Shown piece after piece: positions 23,731 through 41,343 of a DNA stretch of 64,000 nt. Each line of letters begins with the position of its first letter. Position 1 is the first letter of the stretch. Under the pieces are notes generated by a model, which did not search any database, was not told the origin of the DNA, and saw nothing but the letters and a program-made list of their open reading frames with translations. A program made the translations under genes and the position numbers. Source of the stretch: Utricularia gibba. Its lineage: Eukaryota > Plantae > Magnoliophyta. Where the stretch lies: the NCBI GenBank assembly GCA_002189035.1, contig NEEC01000016.1, positions 372,001 through 436,000 on the forward strand. Direction: 5' to 3'.

Positions 23731-24491
23731 ACGTTCTTGTTGAGTACCCTTATCCCACCATTGGTATGCGTCCCAAAAGGATTCATTTGGGGTTTATGTA
23801 AAATGTGATTGCCAATGAATGGAATACCTACCAGGCATCACCATTATTTGCTCTAGGTGTCAGTGGCTGTTCACTAAAAGTTATCATATGCTGCTTCCCT
23901 ATGAACACCCAACAAGCCACTTATTCAAAATGGAACCACCTTTTAAAATCTCATGTCCAGAGTATGATTAGGGTTTGACCATTCAAGATATTTTTTTATA
24001 TTTTTTTAATAACCATTTATATAATTTATATGTTATTACAAGATTTCAATAGTAGAAAGAAAAAAAAAGACACCAAATAGAGAAAACCTATAAAATCATT
24101 TATAAAAATAGAAAATATTTTCAAAAATACAAATCCATAGAAATAGAAATATATCATGTTCTAGAATGAAAAATAAGAAATAAATTGAATTATTTAATTG
24201 GGTTAATTAAAAAAAAAGAAATGCATGTGAGTGCAATTAGAAACTCCAATTTCAAGATAATTGCTATTAATGTATAAGAAATGACATGATTTATTGAACT
24301 GAAACGCCAAATAATAAGAGCAAGAGCGATCATCTACCTTAGGAGCTAAATCCAGTTAGGGTTTTTCCGATGTACAAATCAGGGGGTTTTCCGATGTGGG
24401 TGCACTGTGAAGGCTACCGGCTTTTGATCATAAAAAGGGTTGTGTTGGTGGCTGCTGGATCCTGCAAAGGCCAGTTCTGTGGTAAAAATAT

Positions 24492-25122
24492 CTAGAGATG
24501 CAAATCCAAGCTCACATTATCCTGCATCTCGCCCATGGATTCGTATCCCAACGGAAACTGGGAGCGAGTCCCGGCGCCGGCTCCGAAGGAGGAGGAAAAC
24601 GGCTTCAGTTCGCTTGAGTGGGAAAAGGGGATCGGCCGGTGGTGGAAACTAGAGCTGGGGATCCGCCACAGGGCGGGGCTGATGGCCTGTGGGGTGGTGT
24701 TGTAGTAGGAATAGGGCAACGGGCGTCCGCCGGAGTGAATGAAGCCGGAGCTCCCTGCAGGGGCGTAAAGGGACGGCCGGTTGTAATCACCCAAAACGCC
24801 GTGCATCATGGAGGACTGCAAATGCGCACGCTTCGCTTGCTGACGTTCTCTTTTGTGCGCGTTCTGATGGCCTCCCAGAGCCTGGGAAGTCGGGAAGTTT
24901 CTACAGCAGTAGTGGCACTCAAACTTCCTACTACTCATGTCGGAGATGGCTATTGCACCCTCCCCATCTTTACCCTCCTCCCCGCCATTCGACACAAACT
25001 CCTTCCCAAAGAGGCGAATTCCCGATTTGAGGGGGGGGCGAGGGACGGGTGAAGGGGAGCTGCGAGAAGGCGTCCACGTTCATCAGGTCTCTGGTTTCTC
25101 GGCCGGGATTGTTGGCATCCAT
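24492..25122 (-). CDS. Single C2H2 zinc-finger protein, GIS/ZFP8-like, intronless; frameshift in the G8 run at 25031-25038
   Basis: N-terminal RETRDLMNVDAFSQLPFTRP..GIRLFGKEF, then FECHYCCRNFPTSQALGGHQNAHKRERQ and C-terminal EAR-like VSLDLHL*. The ATG-to-stop span is 631 nt (3n+1). Confidence 0.9.
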
Positions 25123-27453
25123 GGATGATGATGAAGAAGAAGAAGAAGGTGGGAGAAGTAGAAGAAGAAGAAGATAAGGAAATGGAGCGACGGTTGCATG
25201 TCTACTTCGTTTATCAGCATCAACACATAAAAAGTATGATGTTTAAGTGACAATAATGGTGGTGATTATTGAATGAATTCCTGGATGTCCTTTTTCTATT
25301 TTCCCTTCCCAAATTGGTCCCCGTTTCTGATGAATGCTCTGCTCGTGACGCTGACCCTCCTGCAATTAAGTTTCTGTCCATTCTCATCTCCATTACAAAC
25401 CAAAAAGAAAAGAAAAACAGAGACTATCCCTCCTTGGAAAATCGCAAGAAAAGTGGACTGGTTTATGATAACCAAGTTATCACCTTTGGTGTTGTTAAGT
25501 CTTTCATGAGCAACTTGATCCATCTCACAAACTGACAAAGAAACTGAAAAAAAAAAAAAGAAAAAAAATCTGTGGGATGAGATGGGAGTTGGCTTTTGTG
25601 GGAATTGGTCCTGGAAGGCACTTCTTTCAACAACAACCACATGAAATCATGCTCAGGAGATGGTGCTTTTTTGAGATAAATGTTGTGCCCTAGAATCGTT
25701 TCCTTCTGCAAGTACTTCTGGTAAACTGGTTTTCTGTGGTGGTGAAAATTGACCGTCAGGTCCAAACAACACAAATACATATATAAATATAAATTATACT
25801 GCAGCAGCAGCAGTAGCAGCAGCAGGAGGAGCAGAGAGACAACTTCATAATCCCCATCTCCACTAGGAATACTTTTTTTCTTGTATTTATTGAAGAGTTC
25901 GTTCAATCATCAGGAAGGAACATGATTTGCATACCGAATCCATTGTTCTCTCTTGTAAGAAGTCGACTGTAATAGCGAATATCGACCAACGAAGCAGAAG
26001 CTACTGGCAAGTTAATTGAAGTGAGTGATGAGAAGGGTGCTTAAATTGTATGATGCAATGGATGCAGATGAACAAAAGAAACTGTCACTTAGCCATTTCT
26101 GGGTACACGTCGTCTTTCTTGGCTCCATTATTGCATTTCTTGTTTCTCTCTCTTGACTGTTGGGGTTTTCCTCCATTGAATTCGAAGTTTACATTTGAAC
26201 AAGCTGCTTTCATACCAGCTGAATAACCAGGAAAAAAGGGGCATCATGTCATAATTCTTCTAGTGACCATTCATTGTTCACATCTCTAACTTACTTTTCT
26301 ACCTAATGGACGAACATACGGGCTGTCAAAAGTAGGGTTTTGTTCTAAACCCTAATCTTAAATTATTGCAAAATATAGATTTCAAACCCCAAGAGCTCAA
26401 ATGAGTTCAGTACCATCAACCCACACAAGTTGCAATTTGGAGTGCTGCACTTCCTGTGTGATTTGGTAACTTTGGGAGGGAAGAAGTAGTAGTCCCCCCA
26501 TGGGCAGAAAAGGGGGCATTTGGCAATTATTCTGGTTTAGTCCACAGCAGAAGGAGAGCACTGCTTCGTCTCAGAGGACCATCAAACTTGTACATCTTTG
26601 AGTCAAGTCCCCACTTTTTATTTTCTGTTCTTCCTTTTTCTTTTCTGCTTGTTTTAATGGAGTTGTTCATTGAGTTCACGTCCAGAAGCCAACCCAGAGA
26701 TGTAAACAGGCAGCAAACAAACTAGTTTACAATATGTTATTATGGTGACATGAGGAACAAAAAACTAAGAAAAAAAAAGGGAATGGGGAGTCGCAGTGTC
26801 ACAATCCTAGGAAGGAAGCCCTACTTGGACACGCACACATGGGCGTGTCTGATTCCGTATTATATGCATACAGGGCCGAGCTTCCACTCACCTTGCACTT
26901 GTTCCTTGTTTCCCTTTCAAGAAAGGTGGTTATTCAATGAGATGTTGTCCACTCCAACACCAAGTCAAGTCGTGTTAGAACTCCGAGAGAAATCAGGGTT
27001 TTAAAGACTGAGAGTTACCGTTAGGGGCCCAACTAACGATCCTGATCCGCCATTGGAGCAACTCACCGATCTCCCACCCCTTTGCACAGTATTGTTCACT
27101 GGTGCAAGATGGCCTGGAGGGAGCTCACATTCCATGACAAAGGGTTTTACATTTTCTGATGTATTTCAACTCCTCAGCAGCACGTTCAACTTTAGAGATG
27201 TTATGGAACCTGGTGTGTGGTTAGTAGTTGAACTCCTGTGAGGCTTTCCTGTGGGACTTAACATACTGTGGTCCCTGTGGATGCACAACAAGGGTGGTTC
27301 GATTTTGTCGAAGTTGCTTTCGCCTTTCCAAAATACTTCATTTTCCTTGTGAACTTCAATATTTTAGACAGGGGCTGATTTGTATTCATCAACAGCAGTT
27401 ACATCGCCCCAGCTTCCTTTATTTCTGGTAAATGTCATGCTTCTTCTCTTTAA

Positions 27454-27470
27454 CCCCCCCCCCCCCCCCC
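27454..27470 (+). repeat. Poly(C)17 tract
   Basis: Read directly. Confidence 0.9.
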
Positions 27471-29754
27471 ATTGATTCTCAGCCTTCATTGCTTTAGCTG
27501 CTTCAGTATTGCCATCCATGAAAGCTGCCATGACAAGCGACTTCATTTGGCCTCTATGGTGTATTTCTGTCATCTAGTAGAGCCTTTTGATGAACGCGAA
27601 AACACAAAATCAAGGTGCTAAACTGAAAACCAGAGCAAGCAGAGTGACCCCGGGTCTGTGTATCACAGAGATGAGTGCAGTTTTTCAATCTCTGGTCTGC
27701 TAGATCATTTTATGTGCACCTATGGGGATCACATACAGAGATGGATATGGATGAAAGGGGAGGGGAGGGCAGGTCGATTGACCCATCAATCAGTGCAAAA
27801 TTCTAGGACCACAATGGCAGGCTGGCTGTCTAGTCTGCCCGCACATTCAGCCTTCCTCATCAGAAAACCATGTTCCAAGCTTTGAAAAAAATGGGAATCC
27901 ATCGGTTTCAGTTCATTCACTCATTCATTCATGTGCAGGATTGCATGTTGCGATGATTACGACACTAAAAATATCGTCATGCGATCCCATTAGTCGTCCA
28001 TTGATCGATACGTCCATAAATGATGAAAAAACGATGGCTGCAGCAGCATCTCACTTGGAAGAGCCATGTTCATTGAGTTTAGAGCCCCCAAGCATCGCCA
28101 TCTCCCCATCTTTGCAGCGACTTTTCTGCTGTGGAGAGTAAGAAAACAGCCTGTTTTCTCAAGGAAGACGATCATGTATCCAAGAAAGTGAGGATGAACA
28201 ATTTCTGAAAGGGATTTCTGGTGCAAGGGGTCACTAGGTAAGTAAGTTTCGAAGGAGTTGCAGCACGCAGCAAGTAGCTCCACTTTGAAAATTTCAAGAA
28301 CACACATCGCTTTTCTAGTGCCCCCCTCACCTCTTCGAGATTCCCGGAAAGGAAAAGCACACAAAGAGCAAGAAGAATGTCTTGCTACCACTTTCAAAGC
28401 ATCTGGAATGGAACCACCGAAAGTCCAAGTGCGTTTTCGGGGTCGACTCGTCTGGGAGAAGAAGCCGATCAGCGTCACTTTCGGTTCGATGTCGTTGTGG
28501 GCCGTTTCCTCCTTTCGCTTTCGATTCATTTAAACGCCTACCAGCAGTAGCAGTGCGGCTTTTCCTCCGGGAATGGTCCCCGGGAAGGCAGGAAACGGAA
28601 CAACCATCATGCTTCCTCATTCACTGCTCCGACTACTGCTTTCAAATGCAGTTGCACACCCGATCTCCATCTCCATCTCCTCTGTTCTGCTTTGCTTTCT
28701 ACGAGGGCAGGACCCCTTCCATTGACTTCCCCAAACTGTGAACTCCACACACAACAAAACCTTTCCTTCCTTTTAATGCCCATCACTTAAAACCCTGCAT
28801 TATTTCTCGACGAACAGTCACAAAGCAAGCAGCTTTCCCTTCGGGAAATGATCCCATTTCTGAGAAGGATGCATTCCAAGGACCAGTTGGCAGAAACTGG
28901 AAACCAGCGCGCGCGCTTTCAAACTGTGAACCAATAATCAGAGGATGGCATTCGGACCGGACCGGCCGGCCCAATGCATTCAACAGCATCATCACGTTGG
29001 GCCTAAAGTGGAAATTACAGAAAATATTTATCAGCTATTTTTAATTATTACATTTCACAACTCCAAAAACTAGACAACGTGCGATGATTTTGAACAGTAA
29101 CCATCTTATTATTATTGTGTATGAAAAGTAACTATTTTATGTATAAATTTCTGATCTTAGTATATAAAAAAGAATGTTAGATGGTTAATTTTGAAAAACA
29201 TCCGATCATTGGTAACATATTATCTTTGTGATCATATCATCACAAAAATAGTGAACTTTAAGTGTATTTCGTAGAGAGTATAAAATAAAACAGTTAAATA
29301 GGAAAATAAAAACGGTATGTTTAGTAGGTGAGATAAATTACAATTAGTATAATTTATCTAATGAATATAAAATAAAATAATGAAAGATAAATTATTGAAA
29401 TAAAATTATATTGTCATATATCTCATTTTATCTTTAATATAATTTATTTATGTATCAAATACACTTTTTATTTAATATAATTTATCAAAAGGTATAGTTA
29501 TTTTTCAAAAAATGATTCAAAAATATTACAAAATTTAACAATAAAAATCGTGCGTATTTAATAACAAAATTGTTAATTGTTACGTAAGTTGATATCCAGT
29601 ATCGGGATTGGATGTGAAAGTAAAACAAAGCAAGAATCTCTTAGTTGAAGCTGTAGATGTAAGAAGTTGTGTCTGCAGCCATTTTTCACCTCTCTTGAAC
29701 ACAAAAAAGCACGAAGAAAAAATGCCAACTTTTTCATGATGCGAACCCCGTGCA

Positions 29755-32311
<2,557 letters not shown>

Positions 32312-33208
32312 TTTCAGAAGCTCCGCTCTAGATATTCTATCTCGGAATTATTAAAAAAATAACCTGTAATGCAGAAAAATTACACAAACAATTCACGAAT
32401 CTGTATGAGAAAATAGAACAAAAATTAGATTTTAATGAATGAAGACCAGAGCAACTCTACTCCAAAAGCAATCGGACTACCAGTTCATCACCACATAAAG
32501 ATGATATTTTTATCAGCAAGATGCGAATAAGAGGGAAATAAGCGTCGCCCTTGGGGGCAATGTTTCCACCTCTCACGACCCAATATCATGACACCAAGGA
32601 CCAACATACACAGCCCGAATTTTAGACAACGGCAAAAGAAGAAGAAGAAGAAATCCAAGGTTTGTCCAATACCCCAATTCCCAGATTCAAAATGAAGATG
32701 TCCACTTCCCAAGACGCAAGAACTCAAAGAGTCAAAACGTAACAGAACTAAAAGAAAATAATAAATTCCCACCCTCAGCTCACAGATAAAAAACAACACC
32801 TAAGAAGAAAACAGATGGAGATCGCCGATAGCAGCAAGCTTTACGCTTTTCTCCCGGTGAAAGAAGGTATCTCGTAAACCCTAACCCGAAAATCACATTA
32901 GCATAGTTGTTGAAGTGAGTCGATCCGACAGTAAAACTGAAAGATTATCCTCCCGCTTTTTACCCTCCGTGAAAGTAGAAAAACCTCCGGCGATTCTTAC
33001 TTGTTTCCTCCACTCTTCCTCCGGAAGGTTGCTTTCTCCCATTGGAGTCGTCCGCCAGTTGAAGTGTTTAAATAATTAATCTAATATCGAAATTATTATA
33101 AATAAAATAACCATTTTTTAAAAATGTTTAATAATTTCTATCATCAAATATGAATAAATTTTATTAAATAAACATAGAAATATTTTTCATTTCTATTAAT
33201 TATAATAT

Positions 33209-33249
33209 TGGGCCAAGCAGTAGTGTGCACAGAAGCCCTAGGTATAAAT
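33209..33249 (+). promoter_or_regulatory. RPS5 core promoter: site II element plus TATA box (divergent to the helicase gene)
   Basis: TGGGCC 33209-33214 and TATAAAT 33243-33249. Confidence 0.6.
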
Positions 33250-33335
33250 CATTGCTGCGGATCCATTTTGCCCTCGCCGTCGTAGACCATCCTTCCGAAT
33301 CTTCGTCGCCGCCTCGTGCTATTGCTCATCCAGAC

Positions 33336-34511
<1,176 letters not shown>

Positions 34512-35170
34512 ATTCTTGGACTGCAGTTTCTTTTCTTTTTTGACATTTTCTGGATTGAAGTTCTTGAAGATCATGGATGGATATTCAGTGCCTTCTTTAG
34601 TTGAATTTATAATTTTACTAATAAATTTATTTAATTGCTTAATTGAATAATGGTATGTTATTATTAATGTGATTATTTAAATATATGAAAGCTATATATT
34701 TGATAACATTGTCTAAAAATGAATAAATTACTATGTTAAAATTTTGCGTAAATTTATAAAAATTAATATATTTATCAAAACTTTTAATAAAACCTCTAAT
34801 CCTCTATATAATCATGGTTTAACAGTATTAAATCAATAACTAACTTAAAATAATTGACCGCAAAATAAATATTTACTTTAAAATAATTAAAATATAATAA
34901 AAATGATAATAAAATAAAAATAAAAGTAATTAATCATTTGGAATAATATGAAGTTACACTCTTAAATTTTGTATTAAAAAATCGAAATCCGTGGACTATT
35001 AATTAAATTTGAATTTTGGTGTTTTATAATCCATGTTAAGACCAGAAAGCGTTTTCCGAGTTTCGTGCATCCAGTGGCATCTATAGTTAGAATTTTCTAT
35101 TCTCTTGATTCTGTTCAAAGCCCTAGGTTTCTCGGAAACTTGCTGTGTCTTTGATCTTTCCGACGAAGGT

Positions 35171-38100
35171 ATGGGTGCTAGCAGGAAACTTCAGGGCGAG
35201 ATCGATCGGGTGCTCAAGAAAGTGCAGGAAGGGGTGGACGTTTTTGATAGTATTTGGAATAAGGTATATATGTATCTTCAGTGGCATTCGAGCCGCATTT
35301 TCTATATTTTTGGGTCTTTTTATGATAAGGGTGGTGGGTTGTTTCCTGTAACTCAGGTTTACGATACGGATAATGCGAATCTGAAGGAGAAATTCGAAGC
35401 CGACTTAAAGAAGGAGATTAAAAAGTTGCAAAGGTATAGAGACCAGATAAAGACATGGATTCAATCTAGTGAAATTAAGGATAAAAAGGTATTTTTTAAC
35501 TTCAGTGCCTCTTGTATACTGTGATTTTGTTATTTCAAAAAAATTCCTGCTTGATAGCACGAGTGTTATTGTTTAAACTTAAACCGTTGGTAGGACATGG
35601 ACACATGTTTCGGGCTATTAGCTAAACCTTTTATTTTTAGGCCAACCTCATTATTCCACGTTTTATGGAATTACTCACCTTCCTACACATGTCATTGTGC
35701 ATTTTTATGACGTTGACAAAGGATTTTCTTCTGATACTTGATAACGTAGGTGAGTGCATCTTATGAGCAGGCTCTGATGGATGCTAGAAAGCAAATCGAG
35801 CATGAGATGGAAAGGTTCAAGATATGTGAAAAGGAGACCAAGACAAAAGCATTTTCAAAGGAAGGCCTTGGCCAACAACCTAAAGCGGTAGGCAAAGGAT
35901 ATGCTCTGTCTTGTTACTGTTTTTTGTGGTTTTATGTTTCTGGACTTTAGCTTGATGACAGTGTACAGGCTTTATTTTGTTGTTTGAAATGCCATACAAT
36001 ATTTCTTAGCTAGATCTTCCACACATTTCCTGGATGTAGGGAAAAGATCTTTATTTTGTGAACTTCGTGTTAGGCAATTTACTAGGAGAAAAAATACTTC
36101 TTTCATGTAATCCCTGTTACAGACATTTTCTGGATGTAGAGAAAAAAATCTTCGTTTTTGCTAATTTCCTGACAAGAAGCAATACCATGCGGCTGATTAT
36201 AGAGCATTTACGTCATATATCTTATGTTTACTCTTCTTTTCTCTCGTTGTAGGACCCAAAGGAAAAGGCTAAATCAGAGACAAGAGATTGGTTGAATAAT
36301 GTGGTATGTCTACTGCCTTTTTAATCGCATGTCTGACTTTGCTCTCACACTGGCAGAATAGAGCATAAGAGTTTTTATAATCCAGGTGAGTGAGCTGGGA
36401 AATCAAATTAATGTATTTGAAGCTGAAAAGGAAGGACTTCATGTGAAAAAAGGGAAAGTGAAGCCTCCAAGATTGGTATGAAAATGAAAAGAATTGGATT
36501 CCAGTGACCTATGTATGGGATAATTAGTTCATTTTTTCCTCATTTATGAAGGCACACCTTGAGACATCCATTACTCGGCATAAGAATCACACCTCGAAGT
36601 TGGAATTGATCCTGAGGCTTTTGGACAACGATGAATTGAGTCCAGAGCAAGTCAATGATGTGAGGGATTTTGTGGATGACTATGTGGAGAGAAACCAGGT
36701 CCTTTTCACAAAAGTCTAAATATTTGCAGCACTGATAAGCTTATTCAGTTAATATGCTTTATGTTATACAAAATATATCACCATTATTTCCTTCTGAAGT
36801 GGTAGATTGTGATTCTGTAAAACCTAATGACACCTTGTCTGAAAATGCTAGTGTTGGTTCTAATTAAATGTGGTGTGAATGATAGGAACTGACCTTTTCT
36901 TCTTGTGCACCATGAGTTGTAGGAGGCCTTTGATGAATTTGGCGATGTTGACGAACTTTACCATACTCTGCCGTTAGACAAGGTGGAGTCTCTTGAAGAT
37001 CTAGTCATGGTTGGAACTCCGGGTGCTACAAAGGTAACTGTAGATACATTCTATAGGGTTTTACCGCTATAATGAGTTTGAACCTGTACGGCTGCGCTCA
37101 TAGAATACTGCAGAGTCATAATTCTCTAAATGTTCACGACATCACATGTCTTGTTCTTAATCATCCAGGTGCAGAGAACATTAGTTCCGTACAAGTGCAA
37201 TAACGTAGCATCAACAGCCATCATTTATTCACATAAACTAGGAAAATTATGTGGCCTAAATTGGCGTTATTCATTTTTACTGATGCCAAAATCGTAATCA
37301 AATGTTTTTCAACCTGTTTCCAGGGTGTCAGTGCCTCCAGTCTTGTTCTGAACATGAAACCACCGCTGGCTACCACAATTCAGGTTCCCGTATGCGCTTA
37401 TCCTTATTCCCTTCCGTCCTCATGGATATTTGGGTTTAATTATAATTTATTTTTAGTTCAATATTTTTTTTAATCCATTCGTGGTTTGTGCTATCTTTTC
37501 TTCATTCCCATCCGTAGTCCAACAAGGTGATCTGCTGCATTTCTCCCTGCTGGCTTTTTTTTTTGTTTAATGTTTGACATAGATGCTTTTTATTGCTAAG
37601 CACTTGACAATTACTGATCACATCCTTGTGTCTATTTCTTTCTCTATCCTTCTCTTTTTAGCTCGCGTCTCTCTCTATCCTTCTTTGAAGGACTAGTAGC
37701 TTTTGTAGCATTAAGTCTACTATCTTATTTTTTAAAATATTACTTGTACAAAGATTTTTGATATTCCTGGTTTTGAGGGAATCCTGAACTATGAATTCAG
37801 ATTTTTTTGCATCTGTATATGCATGCTTTTCTGAGACAAATCTCATGCATGCTTTAAGCCTTTTTTAGTAGAGTAGAATAGAAGAATCAGCACAAATCTT
37901 CATCTTCCATTCAACAGGTTGCTGTGGTTCCCGATCAAGTTGATGAAACAGGTTTCCAGGATACTACTGTGGCAAAAAGTCCAACACCTAGAAGTAGCAA
38001 CGTTATTACTTCTGCCTCACCGACATTACAAGTTTCTGGTATGGCATTGTGGCTTTGCAAGTATGTGTAACACACATGCCTTTTTTGCCATTTTTTTTCC

Positions 38101-41100
38101 AGGATTTTATTTTTGAGTGCTTCTGTTCATTGAAAAATCAGGCATCACTGATGCTTCAACTTCAGCAGTTGGGTTTGCCTCTAAAGAGGAGGAGATTGCT
38201 AGTTTCCCTAGTCGTAAGGCATCACCAGCTCTCTCCGAAACTGGATTAAGGACATCCAGCAGAGTTGTCTTGCCCAGTGAAACTGCTTCTAGCATTATTC
38301 CAACTTTGGGGACTGCAGCTAACATTGCAAGTGCTGGTGCCATAAAAGTACCTACTGAGATTGGCAAGAGAATATCAGGATCTGATGATCGATCCTTTGG
38401 AGATAGTGTGACACCACCCCTTGTGTCCCCATTAACTAATAAAGCCATTTTATCTCAAGTTTCCAAGGCTGGTGATGGTCTTGTTTCATCTGATAATGGA
38501 AGTGTCAGTGACACTTCCATTATGGGAAACAGGGTTTTGGGTTCTGGGGTTTCTAGCATGCAATGGAGGCCCGAAAGTTCCTTTCAAGATCAAAATGAAG
38601 GGGTATGTTTTCGATACACTGTAAATTGAGTGGAATTCTAGCATTCCTACCACATGAATTAACCATCTTTTGTGGTGATGACTTTTTTCGTAAGAATTTT
38701 GGATTTTGGGGGTTGTGTTACATAGCATGGCCGAATAGTCACCATGATTCATTATCTGCGTACTTCATATTCCTCAATTTTTACTGAAGTTCAACCTTTT
38801 GCTATAAAGTTTCGAGGAAGGACTGAGATTACTCCTGATCAGAGGGAAAAATTTCTTCAACGATTCCATCAAGTACAGCAGCAAACTCAGGCTAATCTTC
38901 TTGGGATGCCTCCTCTATCTGGAGTAAAAAAGTTCCCTGTTCAGCAGCAGACCCCTCTTCAACAGGTCTTTTGGCCTTTATTCTTCATTTTAATGTTTTG
39001 GTTTCATCTGAGCTTTGTATTGGTAGTGTTGAATCTCTTCGAAAGCGTTTGGGAATGTTTTCTAGCAAAGCAAACTAAGTAAAATGTGTCTCAGTAAAAT
39101 TTTAGTTTGATTGGTGAGGTCATTATATTTGGCTTAAGCAAAAAACACTATATAGTGAGGAAATAAGACTTTTGAATTGGCTGCGGATTTGTATGTCTTG
39201 AGTGTATGTTAATCTATTGCTGGATTCGTATAGAAAAAGCATGTTCTGTAGGAGCCTTTATAGATGATCCTCTATGCTGCATATGGCTCTATATTTTCAA
39301 TATTTCTTTTCTCTTCTAGTGTTCAGTTGCCCAACGTGTCTTAGCTTTAGATATTTTCTCCTAGTCCATGTTAGGCTTCTAAAGAGTTCCACTTTTGACA
39401 TAGTACAATGCGCAATCCTCGTCTATATCATCTCAACTTGGATTGGGGGTTGGAGTCCAAGTTTCGGGTCTCACTACTGCTGCGGCGTCTGCTCCAATTC
39501 AACTGCAACAAACTGCTATCCCTCACTCGTCAAATCAGAATCCCTCTGTGTCTTTTGTTTCTGAAGATTTAGGTACTGTTGATGCGTGTGTGAGGAAGAA
39601 GGCACACCATACCTGATTAGAAGTTTGGTTTTGTATATACCTCATACTTCTCGTTCTTTAGGTGTATAATTATTGACTAAAATCTTCTGAAGTAAAAGAA
39701 GGGCTTGTCCTTCTATATTTCTTCATTACTTTCTGATAGATGAATCCATCTTCACAGAGACTGGTGTTACAAAAGTTGAGAGTTTCCAGCTGCAACAGCC
39801 CCTGATAGAAGATTCGGTAATGAATTCTTGTGGGCCCAGCACAGGGCTTGGAAAAATATCTGTGCAAGATGATGAATTGAAAGCTTCAAATGCCTTGGAT
39901 ATCGTGGTGGGTGAAAAGCCAACGGTTTTCTCTACTTCAATTTTTTTTTTTTGTACTTTGTGTACTAATTGTCTTGTTTTAGCATGTGGGTACTTGCTAT
40001 GAGATTCTATTTATATAAGAATATGTTTAAGGGTAATGAATTCTGGTGTTTATTGGTTTCAAGAAGCCTGCAGCTACTCTTGGGCCGCTTGCTGATCCTA
40101 CTCAAAACTTCAGAGACACTGAGCTGCCCCTTGGGCAGCCTTTGCAATCTCCTTCAACTTCTGGAAATCTTGGCATTATTGGTCGAAGAAGCGCATCTGA
40201 CCTTGGGGCTATTGGTGATAACCTTAGTTCATCTTCAAATTCTGGAGCTCTTCGTGGTACGCACTACAATCTGCAGATGCTTGAAGCTGCATATAACAGA
40301 CTGCCGCAACCTAGAGATTCTGAACGTGCAAAGGCATATGTACCAGTACGGAGAGCTAACTCATTCCAGATGTGTTTCTCCACCTTAATTTTATTATGCA
40401 TTTTAATGACCAGATTTGACTATCCACAGAGACGGCCTGCTCTTACACCGACAATCTATCCTCAAGCACAAGCACCTATTATTCACAATCCTGCCTTTTG
40501 GGAACGGCTTGGTGCAGATAAATTTTGCACTGATACCCTTTTCTTCGCATTTTATTATCAGCAGGTTCTTTGAAAGTTTTTTGCATTTGTTATAGCATCC
40601 CTTTCTTTTACCCCTTTTGCAAATGTTTCATCTTGTTGTGACACTGGCTATCATTTCACAGAACACATACCAGCAGTACTTGGCGGCAAAGGAATTGAAA
40701 AGAAATTCATGGCGGTTCCATCGAAAATACAATGCATGGTTTCAGCGGCATGAAGAGCCAACAATAACCACCGATGATTTTGAACAAGGGGCATATGTGT
40801 ACTTCGACTTCCTTATTTCCAATGATGAACAGCAAGGATGGTATGGATTTTTTTGCCTTTCTTTCCAAAAAATCTTGCAAACATATTCAGGCTCATGTAG
40901 ATTGCAAACTTTGGTCGGACTTTGTCGTTTGTATCCATATTAAGTGCCATCTGCTCCTTCTTGGCTTCGATACCATGCATCTCCTTAGGTCATGTAGTCT
41001 TTGGTTTGTAACACATCACGAGTAGTCTTTTAGCTGGATACATCTTTTCTACTGTATTTGAATACGAGATGTCACAAGTTCGACTGCATCCGTTTAGTTT

Positions 41101-41343
41101 GCCGTACTTTACTTTCATCGTTCCTGATGCAGATTTGTCCTTAGTGGTCTAGCGTAGTGCCCTTTACTGTTATGAAAGAACTTGTACCTTGGATATGGCT
41201 AAGCATGACTTTCCCTGATGCCCTTGCTCTGTGCTGGCTTTAGTAACCGCTTGTTGTCATCGTGTCCATTCTTCAGGTGTCAGAAAATCATGGCTGACTT
41301 CACCTTCGAGTATAGCTTCCTTGAAGATGATCTACTCACGTAG
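35171..41343 (+). CDS. NOT3: CCR4-NOT transcription complex subunit 3, many exons
   Basis: [69 protein letters not shown], and C-terminal NOT box [59 protein letters not shown]. Some middle exon boundaries are approximate. Confidence 0.93.

Noticed and set aside
24361-24400. snRNA USE-like motif CCCACATCGG (minus strand) within a 13-bp direct repeat
   Set aside because: No TATA box at the expected spacing and no snRNA or snoRNA body follows; it lies in the ZFP 3' region.
25645-25665. Partial miR390 / TAS3 target-like match (GCTCAGGAG)
   Set aside because: Only 9 contiguous matches and no tasiARF sequence nearby.
26878-27128. miR319/159-like pair (GAGCTTCCACTC ... ATGGCCTGGAGGGAGCTCAC)
   Set aside because: Four mismatches to miR319, a large internal loop in the putative duplex, and the conserved loop-proximal miR319 segment is absent.
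27938-27993. Small hairpin containing a miR393*-like stretch (TCATGCGATCCC)
   Set aside because: The mature miR393 5' arm (TCCAAAGGGATCGCATTGATC) is not present and the stem is too short.
27990-28529. 179-aa minus-strand ORF
   Set aside because: No recognisable domain, composition or exon structure; treated as a chance ORF.
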